DNA of 64,000 bases, taken from contig OZ024741.1 in the NCBI GenBank assembly GCA_964016885.1, positions 3,224,001 through 3,288,000 of the forward strand, in the 5' to 3' direction. The notes beneath the pieces were generated by a model, which was not told the DNA's origin, ran no database searches, and saw nothing but the letters and a program-made list of their open reading frames with translations. Origin of the DNA: Eledone cirrhosa (taxonomy: Eukaryota). A program made the position numbers and the translations under genes. Shown in pieces: positions 1 to 14,400 of this stretch (the stretch's first letter is position 1; each line of letters begins with the position of its first letter).

Positions 1-1591
1 GTGTAGTATTAGTAGACAGACTGGGTGTAGTCTTAGTAGTTAGACTTGGTGTAGTCTTAGTAGACAGACTTGGTGTAGTCTTAGTAGGTAGACTTGGTGT
101 AGTCTTAGTAGACACACTTGGTGTGGTCTTAGTAGGTAGACTTGGTGTAGTCTTAGAAGGTAGACTTGGTGTAGTCTTAGAAGGTAGACGTGTTGTAGTC
201 TTACTAGGTAGAAATTTTGTAGTCTTAGAAGGTAGACTTGGTGTAGTCTTCGAAGGTAGACTTGGTGTAGTCTTAGTAGAAAGACTTGGTGTAGTCTTAG
301 TATATAGACTTGGTGTAGTCTTAGTAGGTAGTTTTGTTGTAGACTTAGAAGGTAGACTTGGTGTAGTGTTAGTAGACAGACTTGGTGTAGTCTTAGTAGA
401 CAGACTTGGTGTAGTCTTAGAAGGTACACTTCATGTAGTCTTAGAAGGTAGACTTGGTGTAGTCTTAGTAGACAGACTTGGTGTAGTGTTAGAAGTCAGA
501 TTTGGTGTAGTCTTAGAAGGTAGACTTGGTTTTGTCTTAGAAGACAGTTTTGGTGTAGTCTTAGAAGGTAGACTTGGTGTAGTCTTAGTAGACAGAATGG
601 TGTAGTCTTAGTAGACAGACTTGGTTTAGTCTTACAAGGTAGACTTGGTGTAATCTTAGTAGGTAGACTTGGTGGAGTCTTAGTAGACAGACTTGGTGTA
701 GTTTTAGTAGGTAGACTTGGTGTAGTCTTAGTCGACAGAGTTGGTGTACTCTTAGTAGGTAGACTTGTTGTAGTCTTACTAGATAGAATTGGTGTAGTCT
801 TAGTAGGTAGATTGATGTAGTCTTAATAGGTAGACTTGGTGTAGTCTTAGTAGGCAGACTTGGTGTGGTCTTAGTAGACAGCTTTGGTGTAGTCTTAGTA
901 GGTAGACTGGGTGTAGTCTTAGAAGGTAGACTTCATGTAGTCTTAGAAGGTAGACTTGGTGTACTCTTAGTAGACAGACTTGGTGTAGTCATAGTAGACA
1001 GACTTGGTGTAGTCTTAGAAAGTAAACTTGGTGTAGTCTTAGTAGACAGACTTGGTGTAGTCTTAGTATATAGACTTGGTGTAGTCTTAGTAGGTAGTTT
1101 TGTTGTAGACTTAGAAGGTAGACTTGGTGTAGTGTTAGTAGACAGACTTGGTGTAGTCTTAGTAGACAGACTTGGTGTAGTCTTAGTAGGGAGACTTAGT
1201 GTAGTCTTACAAGGTAGACTTGGTGTAGTGTTAGAAGGTAGACTTGGTGTAGTCTTAGTAGACAGACTTGGTGTAGTCTTAGTAAGTAGACTTGGTGTAG
1301 TCTTAGAAGGTAGACTTTGTGTAGTCTTAGTAGGCAGACTTAGTGTAGTCTTAGTAGACAGCTTTGGTGTAGTCTTAGTAGGTAGACTGTGTGTAGTCTT
1401 AGAAGGTAGACTTCATGTAGTCTTAGAAGGTAGACTTGGTGTAGTCTTAGTAGACAGACTTGGTGTAGTCATAGTAGACAGACTTGGTGTACTCTTAGAA
1501 AGTAAACTTGGTGTAGTCTTAGAAGGTAGACGTGGTGTAGTCTTAGTAGTCACACTTGGTGTATTGTTAGTAGGTGGACTTGGTGTAGTCT

Positions 1592-4133
1592 TAGTAGACA
1601 GACTTGGTGTAGTCTTAGTAGGTAGACTTGGTGTAGTCTTACAAGTTAGATTTGGTGTAGTCTTAATAGGTAGTCTTGATGTAGTCTTAGTAGGTAGACT
1701 TGGTGTACTCTTAGTAGAGAGACTTGGTGTAGTCTTAGTAGGTAGACTTGGGGTAGTCTTAGTAGACAGACTTGGTGTAGTCTTAGTAGACAGACTTGGT
1801 GTAGTCTTAGTAAGTAGACTTGGTGTAGTCTTAGCAGGTAGACTTGGTGAAGTCTTAGAAGGTAGACTTGGTATAGTCTTAGAAGGTAGACTTGGTGTAG
1901 TCTTAGTAGACAGACTGTGTGCAGTCTTAGTAGGTAGACTTGGTGTAGTCTTAGTAGACAGATTGGTGTAGTCTTAGTAGGTAGACTTGATGTAGTCTTA
2001 GTAGACACACTTGGTGTAGTCTCTGTAGGTAGAATTGGTGTAGTCTTAGAAGGTAGACTTGGTGTAGTCTTAGTAGACAGACTTGGTGTAGTCATAGTAG
2101 ACAGACTTGGTGTAGTCTTAGAAAGTAAACTTGGTGTAGTCTTAGAAGGTAGACGTGATGTAGTCTTAGTAGACACACTTGGTGTATTGTTAGTAGACAG
2201 ACTTGGTGTAGTCTTAGTAGACAGACATGGTGTAGTCTTAGTAGGTAGACTTGGTGTAGTGTTAGTAGAGAGACTTGGTGTAGTCTTAGTAGATAGACTT
2301 GGTGTAGTCTTAGAAGGTAGACTTGGTCTAGACTTAGAAGTTAGATTTGGTGTACTCTTAGTAGGTAGACTTGTTGTAGTCTTACTAGATAGAATTGGTG
2401 TAGTCTTAGTAGGTAGACTTGATGTAGTCTTAGTAGGTAGACTTTGTGTAGTCTTAGTAGGCAGAGTTAGTGTAGTCTTAGTAGACAGCTTTGGTGTAGT
2501 CTTAGTAGGTAGACTGGGTGTAGTCTTAGAAGGTAGACTTGGTGTAGTCTTAGAAGGTAGACGTGTTGTAGTCTTACTAGGTAGACTTTTTGTAGTCTTA
2601 GAAGGTAGACTTGGTGTAGTCTTCGAAGGTAGACTTGGTGTAGTCTTAGTAGACAGACTTGGTGTAGTCTTAGTATATAGACTTGGTGTAGTCTTAGTAG
2701 GTAGTTTTGTTGTAGACTTAGAAGGTAGACTTGGTGTAGTGTTAGTAGACAGACTTGGTGTAGTCTTAGTAGACAGACTTGGTGTAGTCTTAGTAGGGAG
2801 ACTTAGTGTAGTCTTACAAGGTAGACTTGGTGTAGTGTTAGAAGGTAGACTTGGTGTAGTCATAGTAGACAGACTTGGTGTAGTCTTAGTAGGTAGACTT
2901 GGTGTAGTCTTACAAGTTAGATTTGGTGTAGTCTTAATAGGTAGTCTTGATGTAGTCTTAGAAGGTAGACTTGGTGTACTCTTAGTAGAGAGACTTGGTG
3001 TAGTCTTAGTAGGTAGACTTGGGGTAGTCTTAGTAGACAGACTTGGTGTAGTCTTAGTAGACAGACTTGGTGTAGTCTTAGTAAGTAGACTTGGTGTAGT
3101 CTTAGCAGGTAGACTTGGTGAAGTCTTAGAAGGTAGACTTGGTATAGTCTTAGAAGGTAGACTTGGTGTAGTCTTAGTAGACAGACTGTGTGCAGTCTTA
3201 GTAGGTAGACTTGGTGTAGTCTTAGTAGACAGATTGGTGTAGTCTTAGTAGGTAGACTTGATGTAGTCTTAGTAGACACACTTGGTGTAGTCTCTGTAGG
3301 TAGAATTGGTGTAGTCTTAGAAGGTAGACTTGGTGTAGTCTTAGTAGACAGACTTGGTGTAGTCATAGTAGACAGACTTGGTGTAGTCTTAGAAAGTAAA
3401 CTTGGTGTAGTCTTAGAAGGTAGACGTGATGTAGTCTTAGTAGACACACTTGGTGTATTGTTAGTAGACAGACTTGGTGTAGTCTTAGTAGACAGACATG
3501 GTGTAGTCTTAGTAGGTAGACTTGGTGTAGTGTTAGTAGAGAGACTTGGTGTAGTCTTAGTAGATAGACTTGGTGTAGTCTTAGAAGGTAGACTTGGTCT
3601 AGACTTAGAAGTTAGATTTGGTGTACTCTTAGTAGGTAGACTTGTTGTAGTCTTACTAGATAGAATTGGTGTAGTCTTAGTAGGTAGACTTGATGTAGTC
3701 TTAGTAGGTAGACTTTGTGTAGTCTTAGTAGGCAGAGTTAGTGTAGTCTTAGTAGACAGCTTTGGTGTAGTCTTAGTAGGTAGACTGGGTGTAGTCTTAG
3801 AAGGTAGACTTGGTGTAGTCTTAGAAGGTAGACGTGTTGTAGTCTTACTAGGTAGACTTTTTGTAGTCTTAGAAGGTAGACTTGGTGTAGTCTTCGAAGG
3901 TAGACTTGGTGTAGTCTTAGTAGACAGACTTGGTGTAGTCTTAGTATATAGACTTGGTGTAGTCTTAGTAGGTAGTTTTGTTGTAGACTTAGAAGGTAGA
4001 CTTGGTGTAGTGTTAGTAGACAGACTTGGTGTAGTCTTAGTAGACAGACTTGGTGTAGTCTTAGTAGGGAGACTTAGTGTAGTCTTACAAGGTAGACTTG
4101 GTGTAGTGTTAGAAGGTAGACTTGGTGTAGTCA
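1592..4133. repeat. Nested 1271-bp tandem duplication (53 monomers, one of them 23 bp): 1592-2862 and 2863-4133
   Basis: Identical 405-aa ORFs at 1646 and 2917 and ORF starts at 2187 and 3458 are offset by 1271 = 53x24 - 1. One visible SNP (T1691 vs A2962). Confidence 0.95.
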
Positions 4134-7100
4134 TAGTAGACAGACTTGGTGTAGTCTTAGTAAGTAGACTTGGTGTAGTCTTAGAAGGTAGACTTTGTGT
4201 AGTCTTAGTAGGCAGACTTAGTGTAGTCTTAGTAGACTGCTTTGGTGTAGTCTTAGTAGGTAGACTGGGTGTAGTCTTAGAAGGTAGACTTCATGTAGTC
4301 TTAGAAGGTAGACTTGGTGTAGTCTTAGTAGACAGACTTGGTGTAGTCATAGTAGACAGACTTGGTGTACTCTTAGAAAGTAAACTTGGTGTAGTCTTAG
4401 AAGGTAGACGTGGTGTAGTCTTAGTAGTCACACTTGGTGTATTGTTAGTAGGTAGACTTGGTTTAGTCTTAGTAGACAGACTTGGTGTAATCTTGGTAGG
4501 TAGACTTGGTGTAGTGTTAGTAAAGAGACTTGGTGTAGGCTTAGTAGATAGACTTGGTGTAATCTTAGAATGTAGACTTGGTCTAGACTTAGAAGGTAGA
4601 TTTGGTGTAGTCTTAGTAGGTAGACTTGGTGTAGTCTTAGTAGACAAATTTGGTGTAGTTTTTGTAGGTAGACTTGGTGTAGTCTTAGTAGACAGAGTTG
4701 GTGTAGTCTTAGTAGGTAGACTTGGTGTAGTCTTACAAGTTAGATTTGGTGTAGTCTTAGTAGGTAGACTTGATGTAGTCTTAGTAGGTAGACTTGGTGT
4801 ACTCTTAGTAGAGAGACTTGGTGTAGTCTTAGTAGGTAGACTTGGTGTAGTCTTAGCAGGTAGACTTGGTGAAGTCTTAGAAGGTAGATTTGGTGTAGTC
4901 TTAGTAGAAAGACTTGTTGAAGTCTTAGTAGACAGACTTGGTGTAATCTTACTAGGTAGACTTGGTATAATCTTAGTAGATAGACTTAGTGTAGACTTAA
5001 AAGACACATTGGTGTAGTCATAGTAGGTAGACTTGGTGTAGTCCTAGAAGGTAGACTTGGTGTAGTCTTAGTAGACAGACATGGTGTAGTTTTAGTAGAT
5101 AGAGTTGATGTAGTCTTAGTAGGTAGACTTGGTGTAGTCTTAGTAGACAGACTTGGTGTAGTCTTAGAAGTCAGATTTGGTGTAGTCTTAGAAGGTAGAC
5201 TTGGTTTTGTCTTAGATGACAGTTTTGGTGTAGTATTAGAAGGTAGACTTGGTGTAGTCTTAGTAGACAGACTTGGTGTAGTCTTAGTAGACAGACTTGG
5301 TTTAGTCTTACAAGGTAGACTTGGTGTAGTCTTACTAGGTAGACTTGGTGGAGTCTTAGTAGACAGACTTGGTGTAGTTTTAGTAGGTAGACTTGGTGTA
5401 GTCTTAGTCGACAGAGTTGGTGTACTCTTAGTAGGTAGACTTGTTGTAGTCTTACTAGATAGAATTGGTGTAGTCTTAGTAGGTAGACTTGATGTAGTCT
5501 TAGTAGCTAGACTTAGTGTAGTCTTAGTAGGCAGACTTGGTGTAGTCTTAGTAGGTAGACTTGGGGTAGTCTTAGTAGACAGACTTGGTGTAGTCTTAGT
5601 AGACAGCTTTGGTGTAGTCTTAGTAGGTAGACTGGGTGTAGTCTTAGAAGGTAGACTTCATGTAGTCTTAGAAGGTAGATTTGGTGTAGTGTTAGTAGAA
5701 AGACTTGGTGAAGTCTTAGTAGGTAGACTTGGTGTAGTCTCTGTAGGTAGAATTGGTGTAGTCTTAGAAGGTAGACTTGGTGTAGTCTTAGTAGAGACTT
5801 GGTGTAGTCATAGTAGACAGACTTGGTGTAGTCTTAGAAAGTAAACTTGGTGTAGTCTTAGAAGGTAGACTTGTTGTAGTCTTAGTAGACAGATTTGGTG
5901 TAGTTTTAGTAGGTAGACTTGGTGTAGTCTTAGTAGACAGAGTTGGTGTAGTCTTAGTAGGTTGACTTGGTGTAGTCTTACAAGATAGATTTGGTGTAGT
6001 CTTAGTAGGTAGACTTGATGTAGTCTTAGTAGGTAGACTTGGTGTAGTCTTAGTAGAGAGACTTGGTGTAGTCTTAGTAGGTAGACTTGGGGTAGTCTTT
6101 GTAGACAGACTTGGTGTAGTCTTAGTAGACAGACTTGGTGTAGTCTTAGTAAGTAGACTTGGTGTAGTCTTAGAAGGTAGACTTGGTGAAGTCTTAGAAG
6201 GTAGATTTGCTGTAGTGTTAGTAGAAAGAATTGGTGAAGTCTTAGTAGACAGACATGGTGTAGTCTTACTAGGTAGACTTGGTATAATCTTAGTAGATAG
6301 ACTTAGTGTAGTCTTAAAAGTCATATTGGTGTAGTCATAGTAGGTAGACTTGGTGTAGTCTTAGTAGGCAGACTCGTTGTAGTCTAAGTAGGCAGACTTG
6401 GTGTAGTCTTAGTAGGTAGACTTGGGGTAGTCTTAGTAAACAGACTTGGTGTAGTCTTAGTAGACAACTTTGGTGTAGTCTTAGTAGGTAGACTGGGTGT
6501 AGTCTTAGAAGGTAGACTTCATGTAGTCTTAGAAGGTAGACTTGGTGTAGTCTTAGTAGACAGACTTGGTGTAGTCATAGTAGACAGACTTGGTGTAGTC
6601 CTAGAAAGTAAACTTGGTGTAGTCTTAGAAGGTAGACGTGGTGTAGTCTTAGTAGACACACTTGGTGTATTCTTAGTAGGTACACTTGGTGTAGTCTTAG
6701 TAGACAGACTTGGTGTAGTCTTAGTAGGTAGACTTGGTGTAGTGTTAGTAGAGAGACTTGGTGTAGTCTTAGTAGATAGACTTGGTGTAGTCTTAGAAGG
6801 TAGACTTGGTCTAGACTTAGAAGGTAGATTTGGTGTAGTCTTAGTAGAAAGACTTGGTGAAGTCTTAGTAGACAGACTTGGTGTAGTCTTAGTAAGTAGA
6901 CTTGGTATATTCTTAGTAGATAGAGTTAGTGTTGTCTTAAAAGACACATTGGTGTAGTCATAGTAGGTAGACTTGGTGTAGTCCTAGAAGGTAGATTGGT
7001 GTAGTCTTAGTAGGTAGACATGGTGTATTCTTAGTAGACACTCTTGGTGTGGTGTTAGTAGGTAGACTTGGTGTAGTATAAGAAGGTAGACTTGGTGTAG

Positions 7101-8900
7101 TCTTAGAAGGTAGACGTGTTGTAGTCTTACTAGGTAGACTTTGTGTAGTCTTAGAAGTTAGATTTGGTGTAGTCTTCGAAGGTAGAATTGGTGTAGTCTT
7201 AGTAGACAGACTTGGTGTAGTCTTAGTATATAGACTTGGTGTAGTCTTAGTAGGTAGTCTTGGTGTAGACTTAGAAGGTAGACTTGGTGTAGTCTTAGTA
7301 GACAGACTTGGTGTAGTCTTAGTAGACAGACTTGGTGTAGTCTTAGTAGGAAGACTTAGTGTAGTCTTAGAAGGTAGAATTGGTGTAGTGTTAGAAGGTA
7401 GTCTTGGTGTAGTCTTAGTAGACAGATTTGTTGTAGTCTTAGTAACTAGATTTGGTGTAGTCTTAGAATGTAGGTTTGGTGTAATCTTAGTAGACAGACT
7501 TGGTTTAGTCTTAGAAGGTAGACTTGGTATAGTCTTAGAAGGTAGACTTGATGTAGTCTTAGTAGACAGACTGTGTCCAGTCTTAGTAGGTAGACTTGGT
7601 GTAGTCTTAGTAGACAGATTGGTGTAGTCTTAGTAGGTAGACTTGATGTAGTCTTAGTAGACACACTTGGTGTAGTCTCTGTAGGTAGAATTGGTGTAGT
7701 CTTAGAAGGTAGACTTGGTGTAGTCTTAGTAGACAGAATTGGTGTAGTCATAGTAGACAGACTTGGTGTAGTCTTAGTAGACAGACTTGGTGTAGTGTTA
7801 GAAGTCAGATTTGGTGTAGTCTTAGAAGGTAGACTTGGTTTTGTCTTAGAAGACAGTTTTGGTGTAGTCTTAGAAGGTAGACTTGGTGTAGTCTTAGTAG
7901 ACAGAATGGTGTAGTCTTAGTAGACAGACTTGGTTTAGTCTTACAAGGTAGACTTGGTGTAATCTTAGTAGGTAGACTTGGTGGAGTCTTAGTAGACAGA
8001 CTTGGTGTAGTTTTAGTAGGTAGACTTGGTGTAGTCTTAGTCGACAGAGTTGGTGTACTCTTAGTAGGTAGACTTGTTGTAGTCTTACTAGATAGAATTG
8101 GTGTAGTCTTAGTAGGTAGATTGATGTAGTCTTAATAGGTAGACTTGGTGTAGTCTTAGTAGGCAGACTTGGTGTGGTCTTAGTAGACAGCTTTGGTGTA
8201 GTCTTAGTAGGTAGACTGGGTGTAGTCTTAGAAGGTAGACTTCATGTAGTCTTAGAAGGTAGACTTGGTGTACTCTTAGTAGACAGACTTGGTGTAGTCA
8301 TAGTAGACAGACTTGGTGTAGTCTTAGAAAGTAAACTTGCTGTAGTCTTAGTAGACAGACTTGGTGTAGTCTTAGTATATAGACTTGGTGTAGTCTTAGT
8401 AGGTAGTTTTGTTGTAGACTTAGAAGGTAGACTTGGTGTAGTGTTAGTAGACAGACTTGGTGTAGTCTTAGTAGACAGACTTGGTGTAGTCTTAGTAGGG
8501 AGACTTAGTGTAGTCTTACAAGGTAGACTTGGTGTAGTGTTAGAAGGTAGACTTGGTGTAGTCTTAGTAGACAGACTTGGTGTAGTCTTAGTAAGTAGAC
8601 TTGGTGTAGTCTTAGAAGGTAGACTTTGTGTAGTCTTAGTAGGCAGACTTAGTGTAGTCTTAGTAGACAGCTTTGGTGTAGTCTTAGTAGGTAGACTGTG
8701 TATAGTCTTAGAAGGTAGACTTCATGTAGTCTTAGAAGGTAGACTTGGTGTAGTCTTAGTAGACAGACTTGGTGTAGTCATAGTAGACAGACTTGGTGTA
8801 CTCTTAGAAAGTAAACTTGGTGTAGTCTTAGAAGGTAGACGTGGTGTAGTCTTAGTAGTCACACTTGGTGTATTGTTAGTAGGTAGACTTGGTGTAGTCT

Positions 8901-11442
8901 TAGTAGACAGACTTGGTGTAGTCTTAGTAGGTAGACTTGGTGTAGTCTTACAAGTTAGATTTGGTGTAGTCTTAATAGGTAGTCTTGATGTAGTCTTAGT
9001 AGGTAGACTTGGTGTACTCTTAGTAGAGAGACTTGGTGTAGTCTTAGTAGGTAGACTTGGGGTAGTCTTAGTAGACAGACTTGGTGTAGTCTTAGTAGAC
9101 AGACTTGGTGTAGTCTTAGTAAGTAGACTTGGTGTAGTCTTAGCAGGTAGACTTGGTGAAGTCTTAGAAGGTAGACTTGGTATAGTCTTAGAAGGTAGAC
9201 TTGGTGTAGTCTTAGTAGACAGACTGTGTGCAGTCTTAGTAGGTAGACTTGGTGTAGTCTTAGTAGACAGATTGGTGTAGTCTTAGTAGGTAGACTTGAT
9301 GTAGTCTTAGTAGACACACTTGGTGTAGTCTCTGTAGGTAGAATTGGTGTAGTCTTAGAAGGTAGACTTGGTGTAGTCTTAGTAGACAGACTTGGTGTAG
9401 TCATAGTAGACAGACTTGGTGTAGTCTTAGAAAGTAAACTTGGTGTAGTCTTAGAAGGTAGACGTGATGTAGTCTTAGTAGACACACTTGGTGTATTGTT
9501 AGTAGACAGACTTGGTGTAGTCTTAGTAGACAGACATGGTGTAGTCTTAGTAGGTAGACTTGGTGTAGTGTTAGTAGAGAGACTTGGTGTAGTCTTAGTA
9601 GATAGACTTGGTGTAGTCTTAGAAGGTAGACTTGGTCTAGACTTAGAAGTTAGATTTGGTGTACTCTTAGTAGGTAGACTTGTTGTAGTCTTACTAGATA
9701 GAATTGGTGTAGTCTTAGTAGGTAGACTTGATGTAGTCTTAGTAGGTAGACTTTGTGTAGTCTTAGTAGGCAGAGTTAGTGTAGTCTTAGTAGACAGCTT
9801 TGGTGTAGTCTTAGTAGGTAGACTGGGTGTAGTCTTAGAAGGTAGACTTGGTGTAGTCTTAGAAGGTAGACGTGTTGTAGTCTTACTAGGTAGACTTTTT
9901 GTAGTCTTAGAAGGTAGACTTGGTGTAGTCTTCGAAGGTAGACTTGGTGTAGTCTTAGTAGACAGACTTGGTGTAGTCTTAGTATATAGACTTGGTGTAG
10001 TCTTAGTAGGTAGTTTTGTTGTAGACTTAGAAGGTAGACTTGGTGTAGTGTTAGTAGACAGACTTGGTGTAGTCTTAGTAGACAGACTTGGTGTAGTCTT
10101 AGTAGGGAGACTTAGTGTAGTCTTACAAGGTAGACTTGGTGTAGTGTTAGAAGGTAGACTTGGTGTAGTCATAGTAGACAGACTTGGTGTAGTCTTAGTA
10201 GGTAGACTTGGTGTAGTCTTACAAGTTAGATTTGGTGTAGTCTTAATAGGTAGTCTTGATGTAGTCTTAGTAGGTAGACTTGGTGTACTCTTAGTAGAGA
10301 GACTTGGTGTAGTCTTAGTAGGTAGACTTGGGGTAGTCTTAGTAGACAGACTTGGTGTAGTCTTAGTAGACAGACTTGGTGTAGTCTTAGTAAGTAGACT
10401 TGGTGTAGTCTTAGCAGGTAGACTTGGTGAAGTCTTAGAAGGTAGACTTGGTATAGTCTTAGAAGGTAGACTTGGTGTAGTCTTAGTAGACAGACTGTGT
10501 GCAGTCTTAGTAGGTAGACTTGGTGTAGTCTTAGTAGACAGATTGGTGTAGTCTTAGTAGGTAGACTTGATGTAGTCTTAGTAGACACACTTGGTGTAGT
10601 CTCTGTAGGTAGAATTGGTGTAGTCTTAGAAGGTAGACTTGGTGTAGTCTTAGTAGACAGACTTGGTGTAGTCATAGTAGACAGACTTGGTGTAGTCTTA
10701 GAAAGTAAACTTGGTGTAGTCTTAGAAGGTAGACGTGATGTAGTCTTAGTAGACACACTTGGTGTATTGTTAGTAGACAGACTTGGTGTAGTCTTAGTAG
10801 ACAGACATGGTGTAGTCTTAGTAGGTAGACTTGGTGTAGTGTTAGTAGAGAGACTTGGTGTAGTCTTAGTAGATAGACTTGGTGTAGTCTTAGAAGGTAG
10901 ACTTGGTCTAGACTTAGAAGTTAGATTTGGTGTACTCTTAGTAGGTAGACTTGTTGTAGTCTTACTAGATAGAATTGGTGTAGTCTTAGTAGGTAGACTT
11001 GATGTAGTCTTAGTAGGTAGACTTTGTGTAGTCTTAGTAGGCAGAGTTAGTGTAGTCTTAGTAGACAGCTTTGGTGTAGTCTTAGTAGGTAGACTGGGTG
11101 TAGTCTTAGAAGGTAGACTTGGTGTAGTCTTAGAAGGTAGACGTGTTGTAGTCTTACTAGGTAGACTTTTTGTAGTCTTAGAAGGTAGACTTGGTGTAGT
11201 CTTCGAAGGTAGACTTGGTGTAGTCTTAGTAGACAGACTTGGTGTAGTCTTAGTATATAGACTTGGTGTAGTCTTAGTAGGTAGTTTTGTTGTAGACTTA
11301 GAAGGTAGACTTGGTGTAGTGTTAGTAGACAGACTTGGTGTAGTCTTAGTAGACAGACTTGGTGTAGTCTTAGTAGGGAGACTTAGTGTAGTCTTACAAG
11401 GTAGACTTGGTGTAGTGTTAGAAGGTAGACTTGGTGTAGTCA
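8901..11442. repeat. Second instance of the nested 1271-bp duplication (8901-10171, 10172-11442), inside copy 2 of the 7.3-kb unit
   Basis: ORFs 8955/10226 and 9496/10767 are offset by 1271 and match 1592-4133 at offset 7309. Confidence 0.95.
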
Positions 11443-14400
11443 TAGTAGACAGACTTGGTGTAGTCTTAGTAAGTAGACTTGGTGTAGTCTTAGAAGGTAG
11501 ACTTTGTGTAGTCTTAGTAGGCAGACTTAGTGTAGTCTTAGTAGACTGCTTTGGTGTAGTCTTAGTAGGTAGACTGGGTGTAGTCTTAGAAGGTAGACTT
11601 CATGTAGTCTTAGAAGGTAGACTTGGTGTAGTCTTAGTAGACAGACTTGGTGTAGTCATAGTAGACAGACTTGGTGTACTCTTAGAAAGTAAACTTGGTG
11701 TAGTCTTAGAAGGTAGACGTGGTGTAGTCTTAGTAGTCACACTTGGTGTATTGTTAGTAGGTAGACTTGGTTTAGTCTTAGTAGACAGACTTGGTGTAGT
11801 CTTGGTAGGTAGACTTGGTGTAGTGTTAGTAAAGAGACTTGGTGTAGGCTTAGTAGATAGACTTGGTGTAATCTTAGAATGTAGACTTGGTCTAGACTTA
11901 GAAGGTAGATTTGGTGTAGTCTTAGTAGGTAGACTTGGTGTAGTCTTAGTAGACAAATTTGGTGTAGTTTTTGTAGGTAGACTTGGTGTAGTCTTAGTAG
12001 ACAGAGTTGGTGTAGTCTTAGTAGGTAGACTTGGTGTAGTCTTACAAGTTAGATTTGGTGTAGTCTTAGTAGGTAGACTTGATGTAGTCTTAGTAGGTAG
12101 ACTTGGTGTACTCTTAGTAGAGAGACTTGGTGTAGTCTTAGTAGGTAGACTTGGGGTAGTCTTAGTAGACAGACTTGGTGTAGTCTTAGTAGACAGACTT
12201 GGTGTAGTCTTAGTAAGTAGACTTGGTGTAGTCTTAGCAGGTAGACTTGGTGAAGTCTTAGAAGGTAGATTTGGTGTAGTCTTAGTAGAAAGACTTGTTG
12301 AAGTCTTAGTAGACAGACTTGGTGTAATCTTACTAGGTAGACTTGGTATAATCTTAGTAGATAGACTTAGTGTAGTCTTAAAAGACACATTGGTGTGGTC
12401 ATAGTAGGTAGACTTGGTGTAGTCCTAGAAGGTAGACTTGGTGTAGTCTTAGTAGACAGACATGGTGTAGTTTTAGTAGATAGAGTTGATGTAGTCTTAG
12501 TAGGTAGACTTGGTGTAGTCTTAGTAGACAGACTTGGTGTAGTCTTAGAAGTCAGATTCGGTGTAGTCTTAGAAGGTAGACTTGGTTTTGTCTTAGATGA
12601 CAGTTTTGGTGTAGTATTAGAAGGTAGACTTGGTGTAGTCTTAGTAGACAGACTTGGTGTAGTCTTAGTAGACAGACTTGGTTTAGTCTTACAAGGTAGA
12701 CTTGGTGTAGTCTTACTAGGTAGACTTGGTGGAGTCTTAGTAGACAGACTTGGTGTAGTTTTAGTAGGTAGACTTGGTGTAGTCTTAGTCGACAGAGTTG
12801 GTGTACTCTTAGTAGGTAGACTTGTTGTAGTCTTACTAGATAGAATTGGTGTAGTCTTAGTAGGTAGACTTGATGTAGTCTTAGTAGCTAGACTTAGTGT
12901 AGTCTTAGTAGGCAGACTTGGTGTAGTCTTAGTAGGTAGACTTGGGGTAGTCTTAGTAGACAGACTTGGTGTAGTCTTAGTAGACAGCTTTGGTGTAGTC
13001 TTAGTAGGTAGACTGGGTGTAGTCTTAGAAGGTAGACTTCATGTAGTCTTAGAAGGTAGATTTGGTGTAGTGTTAGTAGAAAGACTTGGTGAAGTCTTAG
13101 TAGGTAGACTTGGTGTAGTCTCTGTAGGTAGAATTGGTGTAGTCTTAGAAGGTAGACTTGGTGTAGTCTTAGTAGAGACTTGGTGTAGTCATAGTAGACA
13201 GACTTGGTGTAGTCTTAGAAAGTAAACTTGGTGTAGTCTTAGAAGGTAGACGTGATGTAGTCTTAGTAGACACACTTGGTGTATTGTTAATAGACAGACT
13301 TGGTGTAGTCTTAGTAGACAGACATGGTGTAGTCTTAGTAGGTAGACTTGGTGTAGTGTTAGTAGAGAGACTTGGTGTAGTCTTAGTAGATAGACTTGGT
13401 GTAGTCTTAGAAGGTAGACTTGGTCTAGACTTAGAAGGTAGATTTGGTGTAGTCTTAGTAGGTAGACTTGTTGTAGTCTTAGTAGACAGATTTGGTGTAG
13501 TTTTAGTAGGTAGACTTGGTGTAGTCTTAGTAGACAGAGTTGGTGTAGTCTTAGTAGGTTGACTTGGTGTAGTCTTACAAGATAGATTTGGTGTAGTCTT
13601 AGTAGGTAGACTTGATGTAGTCTTAGTAGGTAGACTTGGTGTAGTCTTAGTAGAGAGACTTGGTGTAGTCTTAGTAGGTAGACTTGGGGTAGTCTTTGTA
13701 GACAGACTTGGTGTAGTCTTAGTAGACAGACTTGGTGTAGTCTTAGTAAGTAGACTTGGTGTAGTCTTAGAAGGTAGACTTGGTGAAGTCTTAGAAGGTA
13801 GATTTGCTGTAGTGTTAGTAGAAAGAATTGGTGAAGTCTTAGTAGACAGACATGGTGTAGTCTTACTAGGTAGACTTGGTATAATCTTAGTAGATAGACT
13901 TAGTGTAGTCTTAAAAGTCATATTGGTGTAGTCATAGTAGGTAGACTTGGTGTAGTCTTAGTAGGCAGACTCGTTGTAGTCTAAGTAGGCAGACTTGGTG
14001 TAGTCTTAGTAGGTAGACTTGGGGTAGTCTTAGTAAACAGACTTGGTGTAGTCTTAGTAGACAACTTTGGTGTAGTCTTAGTAGGTAGACTGGGTGTAGT
14101 CTTAGAAGGTAGACTTCATGTAGTCTTAGAAGGTAGACTTGGTGTAGTCTTAGTAGACAGACTTGGTGTAGTCATAGTAGACAGACTTGGTGTAGTCCTA
14201 GAAAGTAAACTTGGTGTAGTCTTAGAAGGTAGACGTGGTGTAGTCTTAGTAGACACACTTGGTGTATTCTTAGTAGGTACACTTGGTGTAGTCTTAGTAG
14301 ACAGACTTGGTGTAGTCTTAGTAGGTAGACTTGGTGTAGTGTTAGTAGAGAGACTTGGTGTAGTCTTAGTAGATAGACTTGGTGTAGTCTTAGAAGGTAG

